From the NCBI RefSeq assembly GCF_006345805.1, contig NC_043014.1, forward strand, positions 30,008,001 through 30,072,000: a DNA stretch of 64,000 nucleotides. Direction: 5' to 3'. The DNA comes from Octopus sinensis. Taxonomy: Eukaryota. Both the position numbers and the translations under genes were made by a program. The notes under the pieces were generated by a model, which worked only from the letters and a program-made list of their open reading frames with translations, did no database searches and was not told the origin of the DNA. Positions within the stretch are counted from its first letter, which is position 1, and each line of letters begins with the position of its first letter. Shown here one piece after another: positions 12,918 through 25,840 of this stretch.

Positions 12918-13324
12918 CATCATCATCATCATCATCATTTAGCGTCCGTTTTCCATGCTAGCATGGGTTGGACGGTTCAACTGGGGTCTGTGAAGCTGGA
13001 AGGCTTCATCAGGCCCAATCAGATCTGGCAGTGTTTCTACGGCTGGATGCCCTTCCTAACGCCAACCACTCCGTGAGTGTAGTGGGTGCTTTTTATGTGC
13101 CACCCGCTCAGGTGCCAGACAGAGCTGGCAAACGGCCACGAACGGATGGTGCTTTTACGTGTCACCGGCACGGGGGCCAGGCGAGGCTGGCAACGGACAT
13201 GAACGGATGGTGCTTTTACGTGCCACCAACACAGGGGCCAGACTGAGCTGGCAAACGGCCACGAAATTGATGGTGCTTTTACGTGTCACCGGCACGGGGG
13301 CCAGGCGAGGCTGGCAACGGACAC

Positions 13325-13327
<3 letters not shown>
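12918..13327 (-). mobile_element. RTE-family 3' region with ~59-bp internal subrepeats and (ATG)n tail
   Basis: catcatcat tail, ttagcgtccgttttccatgctagcatgggttggacgg, and four gcttttacgtg..accggcac...ggcaa(a)cgg units. Flanked on both sides by (TA)n. Confidence 0.88.
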
Positions 13328-13358
<31 letters not shown>

Positions 13359-13366
<8 letters not shown>

Positions 13367-13583
13367 AAAGGGCTTAGTAAAATAAATTACTTTGCCGCAT
13401 ACTGAACTCGTTAGAAATAGCAGCTAAAAAAACTATTTCTAACACTTAAAGAAAACCTCTCTCATATGTATGAGATATGAGAGAGGTTTTCTTTAAGTGT
13501 TAGAAATAGTTTTTTTAGCTGCTATTTCTAACGAGTTCAGTATGCGGCAAAGTAATTTATTTTACTAAGCCCTTTTATATAAT
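13359..13583. mobile_element. perfect palindromic MITE / foldback element
   Basis: Arms 13359-13467 and 13475-13583 are exact reverse complements (109 bp) around the loop gtatgag. Confidence 0.85.
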
Positions 13584-13687
13584 GTAATAATTTGAATTTG
13601 CCTTAAATGGTCCCTTTGCATACTGAATACTTGGTGAAATTGATTAATTAATTAATTAATTTTACCCTCAATTGTTGAAATTATATA

Positions 13688-13720
<33 letters not shown>

Positions 13721-13726
<6 letters not shown>

Positions 13727-14530
13727 CCTATATATATGGGGACACCAAAATCTTTTAAATGCTTAGGTCTCTATTGGTCTTAATCTGGCCCTGTATTCAT
13801 CCGATGTATACAAGCTCAGAATGCCAGGAGAATCAGGTTGTGTTTCTAGGTTTCCACAATCTTGATTACTGAACAAAAATAACGACATTTTTACCATTTC
13901 CAATTCAGAATTAAGTATATTGTCTAGAAATGACACATATGACTCAACAAAACAACAGAAGCACATGGACCTCATGACTGGATAAGTTGAGAAGAGTTCA
14001 TTTTACCTCAATACAAATATGAATAAGATTGATCCACCCCCACCACAACTTCTTTTTCCTTTTCCTCAATAGAAATGAGGTGAAAAAGATAGCAGTATAA
14101 CAATAGTAGTCATTCATAGATCCTCTCAATCAAGAAGGGTCATATCCTAACACTTAGAGTTAGGAAGTTGAGTACAATACTATTAGTATGTTTATTAATC
14201 CTATGAACTCTACATAACTTAATAACTGCACTTTTCTCTTTCTCTCCCTCTCTCTCTCCATTTTCCTTTTTCTCCCCCCTCCTCTCTCTCCACACCACTT
14301 AGTAGCATATCTCTACTACTACAAATATATCACAATGATGAAAACAACCACCATCACCATATGCCCCTGCACTAACTTTTGCTGCTGAAAAGATGGTTTT
14401 CGTGGTGGTTGGGAAGAAATATAACATTGCCAACAACAATCAATTTTACTGTTGCCACAAACACTTCCTAGAACGCTCCTTCTATAATATATTGACATAT
14501 ATGTATATACATATACATATACACACAGGC

Positions 14531-14569
<39 letters not shown>

Positions 14570-15419
14570 TATATATACATACATACATACATATATATAT
14601 ATATAATATACATACCTATATATATGGGGACACCAAAATCTTTTAAATGCTTAGGTCTCTATTGGTCTTAATCTGGCCCTGTATTCATCCGATGTATACA
14701 AGCTCAGAATGCCAGGAGAATCAGGTTGTGTTTCTAGGTTCCACAATCTTGATTACTGAACAAAAATAACGACATTTTTACCATTTCCAATTCAGAATTA
14801 AGTATATTGTCTAGAAATGACACATATGACTCAACAAAACAACAGAAGCACATGGACCTCATGACTGGATAAGTTGAGAAGAGTTCATTTTACCTCAATA
14901 CAAATATGAATAAGATTGATCCACCCCCACCACAACTTCTTTTTCCTTTTCCTCAATAGAAATGAGGTGAAAAAGATAGCAGTATAACAATAGTAGTCAT
15001 TCATAGATCCTCTTCAATCAAGAAGGGTCATATCCTAACACTTAGAGTTAGGAAGTTGAGTACAATACTATTAGTATGTTTATTAATCCTATGAACTCTA
15101 CATAACTTAATAACTGCACTTTTCTCTTTCTCTCCCTCTCTCTCTCCATTTTCCTTTTTCTCCCCCCTCCTCTCTCTCCACACCACTTAGTAGCATATCT
15201 CTACTACTACAAATATATCACAATGATGAAAACAACCACCATCACCATATGCCCCTGCACTAACTTTTGCTGCTGAAAAGATGGTTTTCGTGGTGGTTGG
15301 GAAGAAATATAACATTGCCAACAACAATCAATTTTACTGTTGCCACAAACACTTCCTAGAACGCTCCTTCTATAATATATTTGACATGTATGTATATACA
15401 TATACATATACACACAGGC

Positions 15420-15456
<37 letters not shown>

Positions 15457-15500
15457 TATATATACATACATACATACATACATATATATATATATATACA
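13721..15500 (+). repeat. near-identical tandem duplication, period 888 bp
   Basis: ggggacaccaaaatc at 13738 and 14626. The copies differ by only a few single-base changes or indels and microsatellite lengths. An internal ~200-bp part also occurs, more diverged, at 12546-12750. Confidence 0.92.
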
Positions 15501-15528
15501 TACATACATACATACATACATACATACA

Positions 15529-15592
<64 letters not shown>

Positions 15593-15619
15593 AACACATA
15601 TAAGCACATCCATATATAT

Positions 15620-16500
15620 AGGTTAAGTGGAAAGTAACTGGGCATTAGAAATTGCTTACAGAATTTTAAGCAACACTAAAGTCATGACAAAAACATTTTT
15701 TAAACAGACAACACTAATGAGGATTTTTTATTTTTTTATTGTCTTATTTCTTGTTTCTTATTTGCCAGATGTCTGGTCGGTTGCTCGACTGTTCAGGAGG
15801 GAGCTAAGATAACCGCATGTGGAATTCCATTGCTTTGGTTCAGAGATGTATGCTTGGAAAAGTAGGCATGCAACACTACATCTGGAGACAATAAAAAGTT
15901 GTCATGCAAAGCTGATGACCACAGGCTCTGTGAATGATTCAAGAAGTGGCTGTCCAACCACATTCCAATCAGCAGAGAATGTGGCAACAGTGTAGGAAAT
16001 GTTTAATCACAGCCTGCAAAAATCAACACATCAAGCAGCTTGTGAAGGTGGGCTAACAAGACACACTATACATACAGTGTTGCATAAGGAATTGTATTTT
16101 CATCCATGGAAACTCCATTACATGCAGGAGCTAAAATCTGAAGATTGTCTCTGCAGAAGTCCAGAAGTACAGAAGCCCAAGAAATCCAGATCTCACTCCA
16201 TGTGATTTTTAACTGTGGGGTTACACAAAAGAAGTGTACAAGACAAAACCTCGCACACTAGAGGGCTTGGAGAATGGATTCAAGAGGTTTTCAATGATAT
16301 ATGTCAGATGATGGCCTTCAGAAGGTTGTTCATTCCATCCCAGGCTATTTGAGGAAACTGTTTAACACCACCAGTGTTTACATTGAAATATGAAGATTCA
16401 CTTTCATTTTCCCATGTAATAAAGAACATATATAATTTGTTTCAATAAATTTGTATAAGAAATATGGATTTTATTACCAATTTTTAATGCCTATTTACTT
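15620..16500 (+). mobile_element. internally deleted maT/DD37D-like Tc1/mariner element
   Basis: TGSVNDSRSGCP...HKELYFHPWKLHYMQEL is joined directly to PRNPDLTPCDF*LWGY, so the catalytic middle is missing. Partial terminal inverted match ggcattagaaattg / caatttttaatgcc. Confidence 0.8.
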
Positions 16501-16519
16501 AAAGATTAAGACAGGTGTA

Positions 16520-18050
16520 TGAACAAGCAGGTGTATTAGACTGATGCTTGGGGAAGTGAGAAAGTCTTTTATGTTTTGAGCCTACACTCTTCAACAGAAA
16601 GGAATAAGAGAAAATAAACAGGAGAATTTAAAAAAAACTTGTGGATTTAGTGGTCAAGCATGTCGACTGGTTGGGGGAAAAAAGGTTTGAGAGGAGAGGT
16701 AGAAAGAAGGGAAGATAATAAAGTATTAATGATACCAAAACGAAGGTGTGCATGCATGTGTGTGTAAGTGAGAATGTGTGAGTGTGTATGTGTGAATAGG
16801 GGCTAGTGGGATGTGTGCATGTGTGTGTGTCTCTAATGTGTGAGTGCATGGATGATGGTGTGTGCATTTGTGGATGATGTTATGTGGTGTGGGTACTGGG
16901 AAGTGGTCAGTGCTAGTGAGTGTGGAGTGGTGTGGGGTAGTGTGATGTGGTGTGGGATGGAGGTGGGGTAGGGAGAGTGAGGTGTGGGTTGACAGGGGTA
17001 TCATTGAAAAGAGAAGGTGCATGGAAGTGAAGAGAGAAATTAGGTGTCAGATGAAGACAGGAGAGGAGAAGAGTTGAGCCCATGTGGTGCAAAGGAGCGA
17101 AGACAGAAGTTTAATTTCTGTTCATGGCAAAGGCGGGAGTCCAGATGGCTCCTATGCAGAGACAATCCGAACACAGACAGTTGTTGTAGTGAATGACCAG
17201 TAGAGTGGAAATGGCATGAAACTGGGGTGTCATTGCTGAGTCCTGATGTCTCAGAGGTGCTCCATGAACTGGTCAGTCAAGCAGCATCCCATTTGACCAA
17301 TGTACAGAGAAGGGCAGAAAGAACAGGAGATGCAGTAAATGACATTGCTAGAAGTGCAGGTAAAGGAGTTAGTGACATGATAGGGATGATGATGGATGCC
17401 AGTAAGGATGGTGGTGTTGGAGAGGTAGGGGCAAGTGCGGCAGCGTGGGTGAGAGCAGGGGAATGAATCAGGTTGGGAGGTGGGGTTAGGGAAGAAACTG
17501 TGGACCAGGAGGTCATGCAGGTTGTGGGTTCATTGAAGGAGGAAAGGTGTAGGTTGGGGAAAATGTGTGAGGTAGGGGGTTTGGACTGGAGTCGCCAGAA
17601 GGCTTGGAGAATGATATATTGGAGGGGCAAGATGGAAGTGTGGTAGGTGAGGTGAAATGGGAGATGGGCAATGGTGGGGTGGGTGCATGGAGAGAGAGCA
17701 GAGACACAGTCCACAGAACATGCTTTGGCAAGGGCTGTGTGGATACTGGTGAGGAGATATCCATGAAGGATGAAGTGGTGAGCCATGAGTTGAGACTGAG
17801 TCTCAAAATCATGGTTTTGTTACTGCAGAGCCTGCGCAGATGGAGGAATTGGGAGTAGGGTATGGAGAGCTTGGTATGGGTAGGGTGGGAGGAGGAGAAG
17901 TTACAGTATGAGTGTGAGTCGGTGTGTTTGTAGTGGATGGAGGTAATGAGAGCGGAGTGGTGTATGTTGAGAAATAGTGCAGGTGAATTCAAGGGCAGGA
18001 TGGAAGGATTGGACAAAAGAGAGGAAGGAGTCTAGTTGTTTGCAGGAGAG
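16520..18050 (-). mobile_element. 5'-truncated Penelope-like element (RT C-terminus, GIY-YIG, 3' terminal repeat)
   Basis: HYKHTDSHSYCNFSSSHPTHTKLSIPYSQFLHLRRLCS; FTCTSSNVIYCISCSFCPSLYIGQ...EHL; HFHSTGHS...EQKL...GLN. The 3' terminal repeat carries a decayed hammerhead-like motif at 16565-16602. Confidence 0.9.
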
Positions 18051-18149
18051 TGATGTTGCACTGATACAGTCATTAATGTAACAACTTTATAGTTCGGGAG
18101 TGAGACCGGTGAATCGTGAGAATATTTGGGCTTCGATGTAGCCAATAAA

Positions 18150-18930
18150 CAGGTTCACATAGTTGAAGAAATGCCATGAGCAAACCCACTCCCTTTACAT
18201 AACTTTTATAGACTTAACCAAAGCCTTCAATACCATTAGCTGTGATGTTTTGTGGGAAATCCTGACAAAATTTGGCTACCCACCAAATTTTCTTGCCATT
18301 CTGAAGGACTTCCACAATAGAATGATCACCAAAGCCATCTATAATGGCGCCCAGTCTGACTTCTTCCCAGTTCAAGTCGGTGTCAAGCAAGGATGCATCT
18401 TCAACTTCTACATGGCAGCCATAGCCCGCCACACCAGGTATTCATTCAAGCTAAAAGATGCAATAACTGCCAGATGGCAGTATTTTCAATCTGAGGTCCC
18501 TGAAATCAGTAACAAAGATGTCACCTCAATACATCTTTGAGTTGCAATATGCAGATGATATGGCACTTGTCAGCCATAGCTCTGCTAGCCTTCAAAGGTT
18601 CTTGGACCACATGTCAGATGCATACAGCCATGCTGGCCTAGTCCATCAATACCAAGAAGACGGAAATTCCCCGACAATCTATGCTCTTTCCATGTTGAAG
18701 ATGCGACAGTTGCTAATGTTAACAAATTCACGTACCTTGACACAGTCCTCAATAACACCCTCAATCTGACAGACGATATTCAGCGCCGTATTCGTCTTGC
18801 CTCTGCCACATTTGGTCAGATAAGTACTTGTGTCCTTCTCAACAAAAACATCAATATCAGAACAAGAGTGGCTGTCTACAATGCTGTTTGTGTCACAATC
18901 CTGTTATATGGTTGTGAGTTTTGGGTACTA
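18150..18930 (+). mobile_element. RTE (BovB-like) reverse transcriptase fragment
   Basis: FIDLTKAFNTI...LWEILTKFGYP...GVKQGC, LQYADDMALV, FTYL...DIQRRIRLASATFG, ILLYGCEFW. Frameshifted. Confidence 0.9.
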
Positions 18931-19362
18931 GATTATCCAATTCTGGATTGTCCATTTATCTAATGTTCTTTGTAGAGGTAAGACGAAATTTTAATGTTTG
19001 CTGCACACACACATCTTTGCCAATATATAAACAGTGAAGCTTAACTATAACATCATAAGTTTATTGACTGCTATTTCCAGTAAACAAATGAGTTCCATAT
19101 GCAAACAATGAGAGAAACAAATGGAAAACAGGACAAGTATGTATATATGCATATATGTGTGTATGTATGTATGTATGTTTGCGTGTATGTATACATGTAT
19201 GTATGTTTGCATGTATGTATGTATGTATGTGTGTGTGTGTGTATGCATGTAGATAGATAAATAGATACAGATATGAATATCCATACATACATACATACAT
19301 ACATACTTACATACATACATATGGAACAATCCATCAAGAGACTCCTTTCCTCTTTTTTTCCT

Positions 19363-19490
19363 TGGCACCTGTGTCGGTGGCACATAAAAACACCATCCGA
19401 GTGTGGCCGTCTGCCAGCCTCGTCTGGCACCTGTGTCGGTGGCACATAAAAAACACCATCCGAGCGTGGCCGTTTGCCAGCCTCATCTGG
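19363..19490 (+). repeat. two isolated ~59-bp RTE 3'-region subrepeats
   Basis: ggcacctgtgtcggtggcacataaaaacaccatccgag...gccagcctc occurs twice and is homologous to the subrepeats at 13100-13320. Confidence 0.8.
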
Positions 19491-19974
19491 TGATTGTGGG
19501 AAGAAGCCATGAGTCAAATATATATGTGCATGAGTATGTGAAAGAGAAGGAGTGAGTGAAGACAAAGAAGATAAGGAAGTCATGTGACTGTTTATACAAG
19601 AGAGTGAGAGTTAAAGAGAGGGCGAGACAGAGAGAAAGCTGGTGAGAGATTTATGAGTAGATGAGGGAAGTGGAATTAAAGAGGTTAAATAAAAGAGTAT
19701 AAAAAGAGTGAGAGTGAGATTGAATCAAAATTTCTTTTCCAGAGCTTAGAGGAAAAGCTACCATAACCATTTTCAGATCCTCTCAGATTGACAGATAAAT
19801 GTGAGGAAGTTATCTTCAGACAAGTAGCTTTGCCCCCAATCAAATATTTGTTACAGACTGGATTCTGCTTAGGGCATACACTAGGGCCAGACTGAGGTGT
19901 TAAACTGAGTAACAGATTAAGTGGTGCCACTTTAGCATACAGTCTACCTGACCATTTACAATTTAGCATGCAGT

Positions 19975-20052
19975 CTAACCCTAATTCTAAGTCTAACCCT
20001 AAACCCTAATCCTAAACCCACTACCCTAAACCCACTACTCTAATCCTAACCC
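19975..20052. repeat. degenerate telomere-like (CCCTAA) tract
   Basis: taaccctaattctaagtctaaccctaaaccctaatcctaaaccc...taatcctaaccc. Confidence 0.6.
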
Positions 20053-20704
20053 AGGTCAGGTTACTTCACAGATACTGCTGCAAACCACGCTTTAAAACAG
20101 CACTAGTTAAGCTACCACCAAAAAACAGGAATGATCTCTTTGATGCAGTTCCTGTTTACTCTGAAATAAGACACTGGCTCAAAAAGTTTTACACAATGTG
20201 ATCAAACCTTAAACTACATAGTTATTTCTGTGTCCACTTTGTAAATATTTTCAGTAGCTTCATCAGGGACTCTGAAATTTTAATAGACTTTTATATACTT
20301 TTATTGTTCCTTATCCATCCAAATCAGGCAACTAACCTGGACCAGTAGATCATACTAGTCTTTCGCAAGCTGAAATATCTCATCTTTGCATGTCACAGCT
20401 ACAGATGGTAGTGGTAGTTTGTTAACTGAACTGGTTGATCCTAACCATTGACAGTTTGTTGTCTGTTCATCTGCACAGCATCTAGTGATACTTACCATTA
20501 ATTTAATTAGTTCATCTGCCAAAATAATTTACAATCACCATGCAGCATCCCATGATTTCAATGTACCTCAGGTGGAACCTTGATAGGTGCTACTTCTCTG
20601 GGTCAGAGTAGACCTGGGAACAACAGAGGCTAAGAGGTGCTTCCACATTCCTCAAAACCCAGGAACTCTCAAACAAGGGCCTCTCTACTGGATGCAGTTT
20701 AAAG

Positions 20705-20923
20705 TAGTGCTTTTCAAACTTTTTGCTGGAGCGGAACCCCAAGGAAACATTTCACTGGCTCGAGGAACCCCTGAGCAATAGTTTAATAGTCTTATGAACA
20801 CATATCTGCACAGGAGAATTAGAAATTACTGCTGATTTTAGCAGTTTTGTAACTTCTTGCGGAACCCCTGGACTGTACTGGCGGAACCTTAAGGTTCCTC
20901 GGAACCCTGGTTGAAAACCACTG
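20705..20923. mobile_element. hAT (Charlie-like) MITE
   Basis: Ends tagtgcttttcaa / ttgaaaaccactg, subterminal ggaaccc repeats, and exact 8-bp TSD gtttaaag (20697-20704, 20924-20931). Confidence 0.9.
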
Positions 20924-21399
20924 GTTTAAAGTCACACTGGTTTCAATGATTGGGTTATCTCCATCCTGAAGCACTGCCTTCAAGGGTTTTTAATGGATCT
21001 TATTAACATCAGTACTTATTTCAAACTGTTACTTTTTTTCATTGAACTCTATTTATTGAAGTACCAAGTCAAATATATGATATAAAGAGAAGCAATGCTG
21101 GTTTGCACTAGTAAACAGAAACACAGACAAGGATATAAACATATACATGCATACACACATATGTATATATATATATACACACATGGATATATGTATCATC
21201 ATTATCATCTACAATTCCATGCTTGTGTGGGTTGGGCAAATTTGTGGAAGCAGCTTTTTACCGACCGTCACCTATTTCTAAGCATAGTAATATTTCTCCA
21301 AAGCCAGACATGTTTTTCACAGACAGAAGACTTGTATGACAGGGACGCTTATTTGTAAAAAACATGTGATGTCTAGATAGGGATATACACAAACATATA

Positions 21400-21705
21400 A
21401 AGGGTAAAGACCCCCTTCAGTCATGAATGAAGCATGGTATTGCAACTCCGAGGTACAAGTCAGGGCAATGTTGTTTATGGAAGACCAGCAGTCGCCCATG
21501 CATACCAGCCTCCCTTCTCCACACTACCAATGTTATCCAAGGGAAAGGCAAAGGCTGATACAGCTTGGCACCAGTGATGTTGCAACTCATTTCTACAGCT
21601 GAGTGAATTGGAGCAATGTGAAATAAAGTTTCTTCCTCAAGAATGCAACAAGCAACCCAGTCCAGGAATCAAACTCACTACATCCTGATTGTGAGCCCAA
21701 CATAA
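21400..21705 (-). mobile_element. tRNA-derived SINE (further family)
   Basis: Minus strand gggctcacaatcaggatgtagtgagtttgattcctggactgg...ttgaggaagaaactttatttcacattgctcc...cagctgtagaaatgagttgc. Confidence 0.7.
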
Positions 21706-21873
21706 ACACATATACACATATACACACATGCATTCATATATATCTCCATTTTCTTTCCTCTTACCCTTTCTGTCAAAGAGCATTGGCTCAAAACGGACGT
21801 CGAAGACTTTTCCATTCTTCCTGAGCATCAAACTAATACACCCGCTTTGTCTTTTGTTTTTAGTACATTTGAA

Positions 21874-21912
<39 letters not shown>

Positions 21913-22009
21913 CATATATATATATGTGTGTGTGTGTATATATATATTATAAAATTCTTATAATTATGAGTATAATTATAATTAGGGTTCAGCAAAGAAA
22001 TTTGCTTCA

Positions 22010-22082
22010 CCACATTATAGCATCGGGCTGACAAAAGCCTTGTGAGTGGATTTGGTTAGCAGAAACTGAAAAGAAGCCTGTC

Positions 22083-22142
<60 letters not shown>

Positions 22143-22352
22143 ATGTCTTTGTGCCTGTGTTTGTCCCCCCCTCCCCATTGCCGCTTGACAACCAGTGTCG
22201 GTGTATTTAAGTGCTTGTAACTTAGCAGTTCAGCAAAAGAGACCATTAGGATAAGTATTAGACTTCAAAAAAAAGTCATGTGGCCAATTTGTTTGACTAA
22301 AACCCTTTAAGGTCGTGCTCCAGCATGGCTGAAACAAATAAAAGGATAAAAG
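22010..22352 (+). mobile_element. SINE family A, 5'-truncated and diverged
   Basis: gccttgtgagtggatttgg...internal (TG)n...ccagcatggctgaaacaaataaaag. Confidence 0.8.
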
Positions 22353-22397
22353 AATACACTCACACACACACATTCGCACACAATATATATATATACA

Positions 22398-22802
22398 CTT
22401 TTCTCTTTTACTTGTTTCAGTCATTTGACTGTGGCCATGCTGGAGCACCACCTTTCGGATGAGCAAATCAACCCCAAGACTTATTCTTTGTAAGCCTAGT
22501 ACTTATTCTATCGGTCTCTTTCGCTGAACCGCTAAGTTACAGGGACATAAACACACCAGCATCGGTTGTCAGGCGATGTTAGGGTGACAAGCACATACAC
22601 ACATACATATACACACACATATATACATATACAAATATATGACAGGCTTCTTTCAGTTTTCATCTGCCAAATCCACTCACAAGGCTTTCGTTAGCCTGAA
22701 GCTATAGTAAAGGACACTTTCCCAAGGTGCCATGCAGTGGGACTGAACCCGGAACCATGTGGTTGGTAAGCAAGCTACTTACTACACAGCCACTCCTACG
22801 CC
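22398..22802 (-). mobile_element. SINE family A, full length
   Basis: Reverse complement of the family consensus, lying tail-to-tail with the preceding copy. Confidence 0.9.
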
Positions 22803-24262
22803 TACATATATATATAGTAATAAGAATAAAATGAATGGGTATTTTGGGGTATTACTACATTTGTTTCTGTTGTGATTTTATTCAGAACATGGGTTCATTA
22901 TACAGCTTGACATGTAATATTATATAACATCACTATGTGACGTTTGCAAGTTCACATTTTCATAAAGTGCCACTTCTTTAGGCAAAACACTTTAGAATAT
23001 TTTCTAAGCGATATGCTACCAAATATCTAGTGACATATGACAATTGAATGAAAGGATTAGATATATACAAAATAGTGAACTGCAGGAACTTAAGAACAGT
23101 GGCAGTTTATATTTAAATGAGCAAATTGTTATGTATGCTTAATATCCAACAGATATAAGAGACAGTAAGTGATGAGTGCTGTGGTGTGGTAAGTTGTTGG
23201 ATAGGGATCAAATTATTATGTAAATATAGACTGCAGAAGGATGGGTTCCCCCGCAGATTAAATTGATGTTGATGATACAATAGGATGATAAAATGCTCCA
23301 TGATCTCAAGGGTTACAGAACATCCATTCCATTTTGATAAACTTTGACAATGAAATCGTGAAAGGGAAAGAGATAGATAGAGAGAGAGAGAGAGAGGGGG
23401 GAGTGAAATGACAAACAGAGTTTGAGTAAAAATCTAAAAACACAGAAACTTGAGTGAGGCTGGTGACAAAGTAAGAGCTTGAGTGAAGTTGTGACAAAAA
23501 TAAGAGAGCTTGAGTGAGGTTGAGAGAGTAAATGAGGACAGAAAAAAGTTTGGAAAGTTAAAATGAGAAAGAAGGAAAGAGAGGGAAAGGAAATAGATGG
23601 AGAGAGAGAAAGAGAGAGGAAGTGGGAGAAGATGTGATTGAAGTGGAAGGAGAGAAAAGTATTTTTAGATTAAACAATGGTTTGTTATTGTTGTCACTGT
23701 AATTGCTACTGTTGTTGTTTTGGTTGTCGCTTGTTATCATGTAATAATAGCAGTTGTTATAGTAGTAGTAGTAGTAGTAGTAATAATAATAATAATAATG
23801 ATAACAGCAACAGCAACAACTATTATAAAAGTCTCTAAAATGATTTTAAAATGTAGGTACTTGACCTCATGTCACAAGTCTCAGGTCATTGACTCAGGAA
23901 TTTGTCTTAATCACATTTGAGTGACAAACAGACAGACAAGACCATACAGATAAATTAAGAGAAATGTTTGCTCCCTTTCAGGATCAATTTTATGCTCTTT
24001 CTGTCATATGAATTCTCTATTTCTTCATCATTGGCTTCTCTCTCTCTTTCTCTCTCTCTCTCTACCCATCTCCTTTCTCTTTCCCCATCCCCATCTCGCC
24101 CCACCCCTCCATATCTCTCTCTTATTTATTTTTCTTTCTATATCTCTTACCTCACCTACCATTTTCCTGTCTCTCTTTTTCTCTCCTTGTCTTTTCATGT
24201 GACTTCTATGACTATACCTTATTTCCACCCCCACCCAACCTTAATGCACACATTTCCAACAG

Positions 24263-24292
24263 CTAAACCTTACTTAGTCACCAACCAGACAG
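24263..24292 (+). CDS. candidate 30-nt internal exon (A)KPYLVTNQT, phase 1-1
   Basis: Acceptor catttccaacag after a long pyrimidine tract and perfect donor CAG|GTAAGT. Only the phase-1 frame is open, which is compatible with the exon at 28857. Confidence 0.35.
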
Positions 24293-24654
24293 GTAAGTAA
24301 AGTGAAATTACAGCTGCCAGTTAGAACTGAAACTGTGATTGCTACTCCATCTCAAACAAACAAGGTGAAGAATAGAAGTGATCCATAGACTGTAGTAACA
24401 GACTACTAGATGTAATAACTGCAACATTGGTAGTTCATATCTTGTTATAGACACAACACTGTCTATGATTAACACACACTTGGCCAGGTTCACCTAGATC
24501 TAAGTTATTGTCCTGTAGAATATGGTCATCCTTGATCAAACAGGCATATGATCCTAAGTGTTTTATCAATCGAGAATCATGAAATCTCCTTTTTGTTCAG
24601 GCATAGTGTATCTAAGACTAAATAAAATTCAATGTGTTCTTCCTTTGTAAGTAG

Positions 24655-24804
24655 ATAGAATGGTATTAAGAAGGGCATCCAGCCATAGAAACCATGCCAA
24701 ATCAGACTGGGACCTGGTGCAGCCTTCTGGCTTACCAGTTCCAGTCAAACTGTCTAACCCATGCTAGCTTGGAAAGGGGATGTTAAATAATGATGATGAT
24801 GATG
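24655..24804 (+). mobile_element. RTE-family 3' tail fragment
   Basis: aagaagggcatccagccatagaaacc...aacccatgctagc...ttaaataatgatgatgat. Confidence 0.85.
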
Positions 24805-25488
24805 TTTGAATGGAATTTGAGGGAAATTTGGCTGCTATTTTGGCAGAAAGAGTTGCCATTTAGAGTATCCATGCAACAGTAATATGTCTGCTTTTAGATA
24901 GTTGCTTGTTGCATTGACCTAAGTCAGCTATGGTCAAGCTGACCGATGATAAGCAGTAGTCGACCATTCAGCTGGGTTCTAAGGAGATGGTTCGAAAGAC
25001 AGAGTATTTATATTCCGTCAAACATCCAGCAGACCAGACAGCTAACACAGGAGAACAATTTTGAACATAATTTCTGTTGAGTTTGTTTTTTCCCTTGGTT
25101 TAGACTAAAATTAACATGCTGGTTTCAAAACTACTGTCAGTTTTCTTCAATCATTTCAAGTTTTTTTTTCTTCAGTTTACTCTCAGAATAAGCACAGTTG
25201 TATTGTCTGTTGTATTGTCTGTCTGTAAGTAATAGGACTGGTCAGCTGTTTTTATCATTTCATTGATAATACTGGGGAACATTTCTGAAGAAATTTTTAT
25301 TTGTCTTGCTTTTTACAATTAGTCCTACCTAATTTGATAGTGCTGGGTTCAGAAATGCCCTAAGAAATTTTCTATCGCATCAAGTTTTTTGATAAACAGG
25401 AATTCCTTTTTTACCTCCCACCCCCACCCCCAAATGTCAATTTTGTCATTAAATACAATACTGAAATAAGAAACTAACACAAACCACA

Positions 25489-25840
25489 TAGGAGTGGCTG
25501 TGTGGTAAGTAGCTTGCTTACCAACCACATGATTCCGGGTTCAGTCCCACTGCATGGCACTTTGGGCAAGTTTCTTCTACTATAGCCTCGAGCCGACCAA
25601 AGCCCGTCGTATATATATGTATATATATATGCGTGTGTGTGTTTGTGTGTCTGTGTTTGTCCTCCTAGCATTGCTTGACAACTGATGCTGGTGTGTTTAT
25701 GTCCCCGTCACTTAGCGGTTCGGCAAAAGAGATTGATAGAATAAGTACTGGGCTTACAAAGAATAAGTCCTGGGGTCGAGTTGCTCGACTAAAGGCGGTG
25801 CTCCAGCATGGCCGCAGTCAACTGACTGAAACAAGTAAAA
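25489..25840 (+). mobile_element. SINE family A with internal deletion
   Basis: Head and tail are intact; the ttgtgagtggatttggtagacggaaactgaaagaa segment is missing. Confidence 0.88.

Noticed and set aside
12996-13320. CRISPR-like array from ~59-bp repeats
   Set aside because: There are no unique spacers, the context is eukaryotic, and the units are internal subrepeats of the RTE-tailed element.
19685-19969. 94-aa minus-strand ORF in unique DNA
   Set aside because: No recognisable motif and only weak donor sites; it cannot be supported without expression data.
20385-20450. Cadherin-like VTATDG motif
   Set aside because: The frame is closed by stops within about 15 codons on each side and there is no DxNDN motif.
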